Below are positions 46,264 to 54,145 of a stretch of 64,000 bases of DNA, piece by piece. Within the stretch, counting starts at the first letter, position 1, and each line of letters begins with the position of its first letter. The stretch is from IMG/VR virus record IMGVR_UViG_3300037044_000228, positions 35,650-99,649 of that record; one strand, given 5' to 3'. Source of the DNA: a virus. The notes under the pieces are model-generated. The model was not told the origin of the DNA. It made no database searches and was given only the letters and a program-made list of their open reading frames with translations. Position numbers and translations under genes: made by a program.

Positions 46264-46781
46264 GTGGCCGCCCCCGTCTTCATGTGTGAGCGAGCGATGC
46301 GGCGCAGAAAGGCCCGCGCAACTTTGGCGGCGTCTCGCGATGCGCCTTCAACCCACAAGGCGCCCTCCAATGCCTCAACAAACTCAAAGGCAGCGTCAGC
46401 ATTCTTTAGGTGGCGCGGGCGCATGGGGTTGCCGAGATAGTGGTCGATCTCCGCGTAGGCGCCGTGCTCGGTGAGGCGATACTTCAATGTCGCGCCGCAA
46501 AGGCTGCAGGCCTGCGGACCGTCCTCGATCGCGGAGTACCAGTCGCCGCCGTCAATACCCTCGACGAAAGCCTCTTCCTCGTCGGTGCGCGCATAGGCCG
46601 GTTGCGCGTCGGGCACACATGCGAGGCCAAGCTCTTTCGCGCGGGCGATGCGGACGCACGGGTAGCAATAGCTCGGGCCTGCGTCTGACCACAGCCAGTA
46701 TTGCGGCGGCGGTGACGAGGCGAACGCATTCGCGCGACAGATGGCCGTCGCGATGGCGTCTCGGGGGCTCTGGCGCGCCAT
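46260..46781 (-). CDS. hypothetical protein with two CxxC motifs
   Basis: YCYPC and CSLC; start at MARQSP. Confidence 0.55.
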   Translation of the reverse strand: MARQSPRDAIATAICRANAFASSPPPQYWLWSDAGPSYCYPCVRIARAKELGLACVPDAQPAYARTDEEEAFVEGIDGGDWYSAIEDGPQACSLCGATLKYRLTEHGAYAEIDHYLGNPMRPRHLKNADAAFEFVEALEGALWVEGASRDAAKVARAFLRRIARSHMKTGAAT

Positions 46782-47281
46782 CACGAGATCCCCGCGTCGG
46801 CGTTGAGCAGGGCGACCGCGTCTTCGATCGGCAGATCGTTCAAGATCTTGTCGACCCATGGCGTTTTGCGCGCCGCTTCCAGCTTGGCGATCGGCTGCTC
46901 GAAGATGCCGGGCTTTTCCTTGTGCGTGAACAGCACCTTGCGGCGCAGCGCGGCTTTCGTGGTCGTCGTGTGCACGAAGGCGTCGACCTGCGTGTCCACT
47001 TCCCACTCGAGATTGTGCGGGCAGGTCATGGCGGGCGTGTTGCCTTCGGCTTTCTGCAGCACGACCTGCGGCTTGTTGGCGATCAGCCACGCGTCGACCT
47101 TGGCGAGCAGGGCGCGGCCTTCCTCGCCGGGCGTGATGGGGTTGACGTCGGTCGACCCGCCGTGGCCCCGGTTGGAGGCGAGGAACGCCTTCTTGCCGTC
47201 GACATAGACGTCGGCGGTGAAGCAATTCGTCTCTTCCGAGAGGGTGGCGTGATAGGCGATCTTCTTGAGCGTGACTTGCAT
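46781..47281 (-). CDS. conserved-looking phage early protein
   Basis: LSEETNCFTADVYVDGKK...SNRGHGG; first gene after a promoter repeat. Confidence 0.7.
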   Translation of the reverse strand: MQVTLKKIAYHATLSEETNCFTADVYVDGKKAFLASNRGHGGSTDVNPITPGEEGRALLAKVDAWLIANKPQVVLQKAEGNTPAMTCPHNLEWEVDTQVDAFVHTTTTKAALRRKVLFTHKEKPGIFEQPIAKLEAARKTPWVDKILNDLPIEDAVALLNADAGIS

Positions 47282-47335
47282 GGCTTGGCTCCGGTGGTGG
47301 ACGGATCGCGCCGGCGGCGCAGTGGTGGCATGACC

Positions 47336-47378
47336 AAACTAGGGCTATACCTCCCCCATGGCAAGGGAAAAATGCCCC
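47336..47378 (-). promoter_or_regulatory. repeated promoter TTGCCA-N17-TAGTTT with GTATAGCCC box
   Basis: Copy of the repeat family. Confidence 0.8.
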
Positions 47379-47406
47379 ATTGCGAACGAAAGTGCAACGG
47401 CTGGTT

Positions 47407-47781
47407 TCAGCGTGCGGGCGCGGGGCACCATTGCGCCTTGCGGCCGCGCCAGCGCTGGGCGTGGCCGGCGCGCATCATCATCTCGCCGAAGTCGCGGCCA
47501 TCCAGGAGGATGCGCGCGACCGGGCGCCCGTAGCGATCGGTTCGCCCGGTGGGCAGCGCTTCGACTTTGCGGGCGCGCCCGATGATCTGCCCGGCGTAGC
47601 GTTGCGCGGCGCGGCCGCGTTCGATCTCGACGGGGCACTGTGCGCGCGTGGCGCTGGTTTCCGGCGCATCGATGTTCTCGACCCGCCACCGCACGCCCGT
47701 GTGCCGATCGCGGATGGTGTCGCCATCTGAGGCGACCGGCGTGGTGAGCAGCACAGCGGCGAAGGCGAGGGAGATGAGCAT
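47407..47781 (-). CDS. thermonuclease (SNase-like) with signal peptide
   Basis: DGDT, IDAPET, DRYGR, MMRAGHA motifs. Confidence 0.85.
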   Translation of the reverse strand: MLISLAFAAVLLTTPVASDGDTIRDRHTGVRWRVENIDAPETSATRAQCPVEIERGRAAQRYAGQIIGRARKVEALPTGRTDRYGRPVARILLDGRDFGEMMMRAGHAQRWRGRKAQWCPAPAR

Positions 47782-47793
47782 GGTTTGGCCGTC

Positions 47794-48564
47794 CTATGCT
47801 GCGAACAATGGCATGTGCTGCTCGAGCGCGTAACCGCCCCACTGGGATGCCATCGCTTTGGCGATTCCGGGGAAGGTTTGGCTGCGGATCTCGGAGCGCT
47901 TCGGGCCCGGCGGGGCGTTGTGCACGGCCGACCACTTCTTGTGTTCTTCGGTGCCGGCCTTCGGCGGAGTGAGGCGGTTGGTATCTTTGAGCGCCGGCAG
48001 CCCGCGCAAATAGAACGACGTGGCCTTGAACGCCTCGTCTCCGAAGTACCACGGCTGCACGGTCTGCGCGGGATCGGCATAGTTCACGATCCGCGCTTTC
48101 GCGTGCTTGTGCATGACCGGGTTCTCGACGGCGATGCGATCGATCGGGGCATTCCACGCGGCAGAAAACAGCGCAGCGCCTTCCTCCAGACTGGACCAGA
48201 GGAAGGCGAGACGTTCCTCCCGGTTCATCATCGCATACGCGTCCGCCTGCGCTTGCGTGTAGTGCTCGAGGTTGAGTTGGCCGCACGGCTCTTTGAGCCA
48301 GCGGACGCCGCTATTTGTGAGCCTAGTACATGGGGGATGGGCCACAATGAGCAGATCCCACCCGTCATGCAGGTGGTCGCGCACGTCGCCGCGTATGTGC
48401 CTGTTGGAGCCGTCGCGCGATGGCTTGAGATCGCACGACCATGCATCGTGTCCGAGTTCGGCGAAGGCGCGTCGCACCACGCCCGATTCCTCGAACGCGA
48501 TGAGCACGCTCAACGGTTTGACGATCGCGGGGGAGGGAGCGGGGCGCATGTGGTGGATGCTCAC
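47794..48564 (-). CDS. short phage-type C5 DNA methyltransferase-like protein
   Basis: VLIAFEESG, WSCD, HPPCT, ENP, RSQTFPGIA..MA.QW. Confidence 0.8.
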   Translation of the reverse strand: MSIHHMRPAPSPAIVKPLSVLIAFEESGVVRRAFAELGHDAWSCDLKPSRDGSNRHIRGDVRDHLHDGWDLLIVAHPPCTRLTNSGVRWLKEPCGQLNLEHYTQAQADAYAMMNREERLAFLWSSLEEGAALFSAAWNAPIDRIAVENPVMHKHAKARIVNYADPAQTVQPWYFGDEAFKATSFYLRGLPALKDTNRLTPPKAGTEEHKKWSAVHNAPPGPKRSEIRSQTFPGIAKAMASQWGGYALEQHMPLFAA

Positions 48565-48589
48565 ACAGGGCTGGCGGTTTGGGAGGGCG

Positions 48590-48817
48590 TCAGTCGAGAC
48601 GCGTGAGGTAGGCGCCGCGCACCGTGCAGAACGACGCCGTGGTGATGTAGCGGTCGTTCCAGTCGCGGTTGTCGGCGTAGGCGACGTCGACCGCGCCGCG
48701 CTGTGTGCGCGACTGCGCTTTCGCGAAGCGCTTTGCGGCGTCGACCGAGGCCATGTCGCGGGTGAGATCGTCGACGCGGTCGCCGTCCTGATCGTAGAGG
48801 ATGAAGTCGAATTGCAT
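48590..48817 (-). CDS. hypothetical protein
   Basis: GGAGG RBS. Confidence 0.6.
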   Translation of the reverse strand: MQFDFILYDQDGDRVDDLTRDMASVDAAKRFAKAQSRTQRGAVDVAYADNRDWNDRYITTASFCTVRGAYLTRLD

Positions 48818-48843
48818 GGCGTGACCTCCGGTGCGCGCGGCGG

Positions 48844-49041
48844 TCAGTAGCCGAGCCAGCGGAGCACATCGGCCGCGTCCCACTCCGGACCGGGGCCGAG
48901 CTCGGCGAAAGCGAACGCGTCGTCGCAGTCGTGCTGCGCGAGCAGGTAAGCGACGTTGCGGCGATCGAGCATGATGGGGTCGCCGTCTTCGCTCGCCTCG
49001 AAAGCGTCGCAGACGGTGTAGCGTTCCTGGGTGGTGGTCAT
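48844..49041 (-). CDS. small hypothetical protein
   Basis: First gene after a promoter repeat; ends VLRWLGY. Confidence 0.65.
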   Translation of the reverse strand: MTTTQERYTVCDAFEASEDGDPIMLDRRNVAYLLAQHDCDDAFAFAELGPGPEWDAADVLRWLGY

Positions 49042-49086
49042 CGTAGTGGCTCCGGTGGTGGGCGGGTTGCCGTTGGTGATGAAGCG

Positions 49087-49131
49087 AAACTAGGGCTATA
49101 CCTGCACGGGCGCAAGCGAAAAATGCCTCAC
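49087..49131 (-). promoter_or_regulatory. repeated promoter TTGCGC-N17-TAGTTT with GTATAGCCC box
   Basis: Copy of the repeat family. Confidence 0.8.
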
Positions 49132-49155
49132 GTCTGCCTTTTCCGTCCTTTGTTT

Positions 49156-49641
49156 TCAGGCGAGCCGCAGCAGATGGCGCAAGCCGCGCTCGAGCATGGC
49201 GGGCTTGTCGTCATCCTTGAACTTCGCGCGCGCCTCGTTCCAGACGTCGAGATGGTCGGCGCGTTTAAGGGTGACGCCCAGCTGCAGGGGCTTGCCGGCG
49301 GGCGATGGTTTTATCGTCGAGCGGGGTAGGCGGTCAGGCAGCGGCGGGCGACGCTTCCGGCCCATGAGCGACGCCAGCGCGAGCACGATGAGTTCTGGCT
49401 TTGTGAGCTCGGGCCAGGTCGCGCGCGCGAGATCCCACAAGTCGATGTGCTCCGGGCGCTTGAGCACGATCGCGAGGGGCAGGTGCTTACCTTCCTCGCG
49501 CATGGCGCGCTCATACGCGGCCGACCATTCCGGTTGGCGTTCATGGTACACGCGAGACGGGGCGGGGGCGGGCGTTCGGGGGGCGGCGCGCGCCGCGCGT
49601 TTGCGGGCGGGCTTCTTCTTCGTGCGTGTGGTGGCGACCAT
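49156..49641 (-). CDS. putative regulator with tandem RHH-like repeat
   Basis: LPLAIVLKRPEHIDLWDLARA and LQLGVTLKRADHLDVWNEARA form an internal duplication. Confidence 0.6.
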   Translation of the reverse strand: MVATTRTKKKPARKRAARAAPRTPAPAPSRVYHERQPEWSAAYERAMREEGKHLPLAIVLKRPEHIDLWDLARATWPELTKPELIVLALASLMGRKRRPPLPDRLPRSTIKPSPAGKPLQLGVTLKRADHLDVWNEARAKFKDDDKPAMLERGLRHLLRLA

Positions 49642-49711
49642 GGGGTCAGCCTCTTCACACAGTATAGCCCTATCTGCAACGCCGCCGCCGGCGGTGTCGA
49701 AAGCAGCCATC

Positions 49712-51145
49712 TCAAGCGGCCTTCGCGGCGCGGGCCGCTTCGGGGAGGTTAATCCGCAGGGTGACGGTGTTGACGTTCGTGCCCAACGCTTCGAACGACC
49801 GGGCGGGCAGGTCCCAGAACTTGCCCTTCATCGCCTTGACCTTTTCGCGGAAGAGCACGGTCTTGCGGTCCTCGCGAAACTCCACACCCGCCGACATGAC
49901 CGCGATCAGCTGACCGCCCGGCCGCACGAATTTGAGGGCGTGGTTGACATGGTCGACGTCCAGCCCGCGATCAAAGGGCGGGTTCATCACGACCGCGTCG
50001 AAGAGCGGCAGGCCGAGCGCGGTCCATTCTTCCGGATCGCGATCGAGGAAGTCGCAACAGTACGTCTCGAAACCCTGGGCCCGCAGATGGTTCGCGCGAT
50101 CGGGGTGGATCTCGATGCACGTCACAGTGCGCCCGGCGTCGCGGAGCGCGCGCGCGATCGCGCCCTTGCCGGCGGACGGCTCGAGGATGCGCTTGCTCTC
50201 AATCCAGAGATCGTTGAGCAGCGTTTCAACCACGCGCTCCGGTGTCTCGAAAAACCCGAGGTTCTTCGCCATGGCGCGCGACGGTTCGGATGCGGCCTTG
50301 TCATGGGCGGCGTCAGCGGATGCGTCCGCGCCGGCGCCGAGCGTTTCGCCGTAGTATTCGGCGAGCAGCTGATTGACCTTCGTGACCAGATCCTTGCGCT
50401 TGAACCACAGGTGAGCGTTGCCGTTCTGATAGACGCAGATCCGGAAGAAGTCGTCTTCGGCCTCGAAGGCGCCGATCTTCCAGCCGTCGTTGCCGCCTCC
50501 GCCACGATTGCACTTCGCGTCGTTGAGCTTGCCGATGATCGACCCGTGGTAGCGCTCCGGGTGCGGGCGATCGTCCAGGACGCAGAAGACGCGCTCGACG
50601 TCGCGCAATGTCTCGTCCTTGTTCATCGTGCCGAACTCCGAATAGAAGTGCGACAGGATCACGCGCGACCCGATCTTGAAGCCGTCGTGCGAGCGGAAGC
50701 GACGGTCTAGGCCCGAGAAGGCGTTGGCGAGACCGCGCCGGAAAATGAGCCCGCTATCCTGCACCAGCGTCGCCATGGTGGCGAAACAGTTCTCGGCGGT
50801 GGCGGGCGGGGGATTGTCGCGCAGGGACTGGCGAAACTCTTCGCGCGCTTTGGCGTCCATGAGCTTCTCCAAACCCATGTGATCCAGCAGGCGATTCCAG
50901 ATCCCACGGTCCAGGTGCTGCGTGCGATCGAGCAGGAAGGCGTCACGGTCGCCCTTGGGCCAGTCGCGCGAGTAGCGGTCGCCGATGCCGAGGCGCGGGC
51001 CTTCTCGGTTGTCGGTGGCGCAGGCGGCGAGGTGTTCGGCCTCGCGCAGCACGTCGAAGGCTTGGCCGAAGGTCTCGATCGCGCGAGTCCGGAATCCCTC
51101 GATCTGCTCGATGGTGGCGCGGGGGACGGGGAGTGTGGTGGTCAT
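49712..51145 (-). CDS. DUF4942-like domain plus amino (N6A/N4C) methyltransferase
   Basis: FFETP, ILEPSAGKG, VVMNPPF, GTNVNT; N-terminal YQNGNAHLWF. Confidence 0.85.
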   Translation of the reverse strand: MTTTLPVPRATIEQIEGFRTRAIETFGQAFDVLREAEHLAACATDNREGPRLGIGDRYSRDWPKGDRDAFLLDRTQHLDRGIWNRLLDHMGLEKLMDAKAREEFRQSLRDNPPPATAENCFATMATLVQDSGLIFRRGLANAFSGLDRRFRSHDGFKIGSRVILSHFYSEFGTMNKDETLRDVERVFCVLDDRPHPERYHGSIIGKLNDAKCNRGGGGNDGWKIGAFEAEDDFFRICVYQNGNAHLWFKRKDLVTKVNQLLAEYYGETLGAGADASADAAHDKAASEPSRAMAKNLGFFETPERVVETLLNDLWIESKRILEPSAGKGAIARALRDAGRTVTCIEIHPDRANHLRAQGFETYCCDFLDRDPEEWTALGLPLFDAVVMNPPFDRGLDVDHVNHALKFVRPGGQLIAVMSAGVEFREDRKTVLFREKVKAMKGKFWDLPARSFEALGTNVNTVTLRINLPEAARAAKAA

Positions 51146-51179
51146 GGGGTCAGTGTCCGGTGGTGGCGGATGGCGGGGG

Positions 51180-51380
51180 TTAGGCGGCTTCGTTCTGCGG
51201 GCGCGCGCAGTCCGGACAACCGGCATCGCCGCAGCTGCCCTGATATCCGGCGTCCTTGCAGTCGATTGACCCGATCTCGGCATTGCACGACGGGCACTTG
51301 TCGTTGCAGTCGCAGCAGTGCTCATCTTCCCACGTCTCGTCGCAGGCCTCGCAGTGATAGGTCTTCGTGAACCATGCCAT
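51180..51380 (-). CDS. small Zn-ribbon protein
   Basis: YHCEAC..WEDEHCCDCNDKCPSC; AGGAG RBS. Confidence 0.7.
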   Translation of the reverse strand: MAWFTKTYHCEACDETWEDEHCCDCNDKCPSCNAEIGSIDCKDAGYQGSCGDAGCPDCARPQNEAA

Positions 51381-51452
51381 GACGATCTCCTATGGTGCAG
51401 CAGGCGCGCCGCGCGCCGCGCGCAGCGTGCGCGCGGCGTCCGGTGAGTGTGG

Positions 51453-51686
51453 TTAGGCGGCGAGGGCGGCGCGGTCGAGGATTTCGATTGCGCCCGCTTC
51501 CTCGGCATCGGCGAGCACGTTTTGGATGAAGCGCATGACGAGGGCATCGGCATCGAAATCCCCAAGCGCTTCGCCGGTTTTGCGCACGAGGGTGTAGGGC
51601 GCCGAGCCGCCGCCGGTGGGCGAGATGGCGAGCAGCGCGGCGTGGATGGTTTGCAGTTCGGCGGTGGTGAGCGAGAGGGTGTGCAT
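51453..51686 (-). CDS. hypothetical protein
   Basis: First gene after a promoter repeat. Confidence 0.65.
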   Translation of the reverse strand: MHTLSLTTAELQTIHAALLAISPTGGGSAPYTLVRKTGEALGDFDADALVMRFIQNVLADAEEAGAIEILDRAALAA

Positions 51687-51724
51687 TGTGGCGGCTCCGG
51701 TGGTGGTCGGTTGCTGATGAATTG

Positions 51725-51767
51725 AAACTAGGGCTATACCAAACGGAGCGCAAGCGAAAAATGCCCC
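51725..51767 (-). promoter_or_regulatory. repeated promoter TTGCGC-N17-TAGTTT with GTATAGCCC box
   Basis: Copy of the repeat family. Confidence 0.8.
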
Positions 51768-51817
51768 GCCAGCATCCGGCGAGGCATTATTTATTCGATC
51801 GTCCAGCGGCGCTGGAT

Positions 51818-52411
51818 CTAGCTCTTGTGCGCGCGTTTGGATGGCGCGCGCTTGGCGACGCGTTTGCCGCCGGTGGCGAGCACGGAACCCGCCAGATCCT
51901 TCGCGCCACGCGCCTGCTTACCCTTCACCGCCACGGCTCCCATGGACGTCGAGAGGAACTGCCCCTTCGCCCTGGCGGCGACCTTCTTTGTGTAGTCAGT
52001 CAGCGGGCCGTGAGCGTGCTGCATTTCTTTCATCGCGAAGGTGTCGCCACGCACGGTGTCGCGGACATTTCCGAAGCCCAGCTTCGTCGCGCGGCCCTCC
52101 ATTACGGCGATCTCGTCGAGCGCGCCATGGACCGCCTTGCGCACGACTTCGGGCGCGAGATCGATCACGATGATGAGGGTGCGAGTCGCCTTGTCCGGCA
52201 TCGCGCGGCCCTGTTCCCAATCGCGCACGGTGGCGACCGCGAATCCATACTGCTCTGCGAACTGCTCCTGGGTGAGGCCGAGGCGCGTGCGGATACGCTT
52301 GGTGTCGATCGGGTGGGGCACATGCACGCGGACGCCAGGCGCGTCTTCGCCGCGCGCGAAGGCGAGGGCGCTGCGGGCGCCGGCGAGGATCTTGTCTCCT
52401 GCTTTCGTCAT
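51818..52411 (-). CDS. higA: HigA-like Xre-HTH antitoxin with C-terminal extension
   Basis: IRTRLGLTQEQFAEQYGFAVATVRDWEQGR; downstream of and overlapping the toxin. Confidence 0.85.
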   Translation of the reverse strand: MTKAGDKILAGARSALAFARGEDAPGVRVHVPHPIDTKRIRTRLGLTQEQFAEQYGFAVATVRDWEQGRAMPDKATRTLIIVIDLAPEVVRKAVHGALDEIAVMEGRATKLGFGNVRDTVRGDTFAMKEMQHAHGPLTDYTKKVAARAKGQFLSTSMGAVAVKGKQARGAKDLAGSVLATGGKRVAKRAPSKRAHKS

Positions 52412-52791
52412 GGCTTCTGTTTCCCTTTCAATTCGGCGACTTTTCTCTGCACCCCAGCGAGATATTCCGGCCCGATCTTCGCGAGCAGCTTCTTCAACGC
52501 ATTGACCTCGGCGGCGGTCAGATTGTCCTTCTCGCCCTTCGCGAAGAGCGCGAGCAGGAACACCGGCACGTTGTCGCCGGCGAAGTAGGTGATGACACGA
52601 ACGCCGCCGCTCTTGCCCTTGTTGTCTTTGGCCGCGAAGCGGAGCTTGCGGGCGCCGCCCGATCCCCGAATGATCGCGCCGGCACGGGGGTTCGCGGCGA
52701 TGGTCGCCGCGATCTCGTCGAGTTCATCCTGCTCGACACCGGCTGCTTTCGCGTGCGCGACATAGGGGGTGGTTTCGATGACCGCGTGCAT
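52408..52791 (-). CDS. higB: RelE/HigB-family toxin
   Basis: VIET...GSGGARKLRF...GKSGGVRVITY...LLALFAKGEKDNL. Confidence 0.9.
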   Translation of the reverse strand: MHAVIETTPYVAHAKAAGVEQDELDEIAATIAANPRAGAIIRGSGGARKLRFAAKDNKGKSGGVRVITYFAGDNVPVFLLALFAKGEKDNLTAAEVNALKKLLAKIGPEYLAGVQRKVAELKGKQKP

Positions 52792-52794
52792 GTC

Positions 52795-52825
52795 TATAAC
52801 TACGGGAAACCCGTAGCTATGTCAA
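52795..52825 (-). promoter_or_regulatory. TA promoter with palindromic operator
   Basis: Minus strand TTGACA-N17-TAGTTA; CTACGGG-aaa-CCCGTAG palindrome spans the spacer. Confidence 0.7.
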
Positions 52826-53151
52826 CCGCGATGTAGCACCGCGCTTCCTTTGCGCGGCGTCGAAACCGGCGCGATCGGGTCGGACGGCGCGCGGGGCAGG
52901 CAGCGCGAGCGCAGCAGGGTCAACGGCTGGCCGCGCACTTCCGGGGTGATGCGCAAGAGCCAGATCCGGACGCCGGCGGCATCGACCCGGCGCACGATGA
53001 TCTTGTCGGAGCCGATGCGCCGGGAGGTCTCGACGCTGCCGCTGCGCATGCCCTCGCTGCAGTCACGACAGAAGACGCGGCCGTCGCGGGCCGCGCCTTC
53101 GTCGCGCTCACACAAGGCGGCGCAACCGCCGCAGGTGACGAACGGCTCCAC
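52822..53151 (-). CDS. hypothetical Zn-finger protein
   Basis: CGGC...CRDC. Confidence 0.45.
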   Translation of the reverse strand: MEPFVTCGGCAALCERDEGAARDGRVFCRDCSEGMRSGSVETSRRIGSDKIIVRRVDAAGVRIWLLRITPEVRGQPLTLLRSRCLPRAPSDPIAPVSTPRKGSAVLHRG

Positions 53152-53152
53152 G

Positions 53153-53437
53153 TCAGTCGAACCGGATCGTCGCGCCCTTGAAGACGCCCCGGCAGACCGC
53201 GCCGCTCACGCGCACGCCGCTCGGCGATGTGGCGCGGAAGCCGGTCGCATAGACGTCGTCTTTGCTGCAGGCGAGCCAGCGGTAGCCCGTGGGCTCGATC
53301 TGCGCGAAACCTTGGGCGGTGAGCAGGCGCGTCGCGCCGCGCGCATCAACGCCCCAGAGTGGTAGGGTGACGGTCGCGATGACGGCGAGCGCGCCGATCG
53401 CAAGCGTGACCATCCAGCTTAGATCCCGTGTTCTCAT
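53153..53437 (-). CDS. small membrane-anchored phage protein
   Basis: N-terminal TM; GYRWLACSKDD...TGF.A...SGAVC; GGAGG RBS. Confidence 0.7.
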   Translation of the reverse strand: MRTRDLSWMVTLAIGALAVIATVTLPLWGVDARGATRLLTAQGFAQIEPTGYRWLACSKDDVYATGFRATSPSGVRVSGAVCRGVFKGATIRFD

Positions 53438-54108
53438 GTTGCACCTCCCGCGTTTGCGACCGCGTCGTGCGTCTGCGCGTCGGCGCCGGCTTCTTCGGTA
53501 GGTTCCGACCGCTCTTCTTCGAGCTCGTAGTCGAGATCCGGCTCCAATCGTCGGCGTTCGGGCAAGAGCGCACACAGCCAGGGCGGCGGCTCGAACCAGT
53601 GCGTCGGGCCATCGATCGGGTCGCACCTGTCGCCCCTGTAGCCCCACGACAGCCATCGGCCGTCGTCCAGGCAACCGGACGAAAGCGCCACCTGCGGCGG
53701 GTAATCGTCGTCACCCTCGCGGTAGAGCAGCACCCACGCACTCGGCGGCGCGGTGTCGATCGGCATGAGCGCATCGGGCGGGGGCGCGTCGAGGGCGGCT
53801 GGATCTACATGGGCGCCCTCGGTGCGCGCGAGCAGGGCAGTTGCACGGGCGTACATATCGTCGAACTCTGCGCGGGTCTGGTCGGCGCCTTCGCCGTGTT
53901 CGTCGTGCGTGGCGTGCTGCAGCAGTTCACGGACCATCGCGACCAGCTTGGGGAAGAGATGGCCAGGCTGCGGCCGCTTCTTCACGCGCACGACGCGGAA
54001 GACCTTCTCTGGAAACTTGCGCGTTAGCCGCTCGCGTTCGGTGCGCGCTTTGTCGAGGGAGGCGTGGCGGACATAGCGCCGGTTCGTGACGATCCAGTGG
54101 TCAGACAT
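53434..54108 (-). CDS. hypothetical protein with DUF551-like segment
   Basis: PIDTAP...PTHWFEPP. Confidence 0.6.
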   Translation of the reverse strand: MSDHWIVTNRRYVRHASLDKARTERERLTRKFPEKVFRVVRVKKRPQPGHLFPKLVAMVRELLQHATHDEHGEGADQTRAEFDDMYARATALLARTEGAHVDPAALDAPPPDALMPIDTAPPSAWVLLYREGDDDYPPQVALSSGCLDDGRWLSWGYRGDRCDPIDGPTHWFEPPPWLCALLPERRRLEPDLDYELEEERSEPTEEAGADAQTHDAVANAGGAT

Positions 54109-54145
54109 AGGGGCTCCTGTGGTGGCGGTGGCGAGAGGGGCGGGG

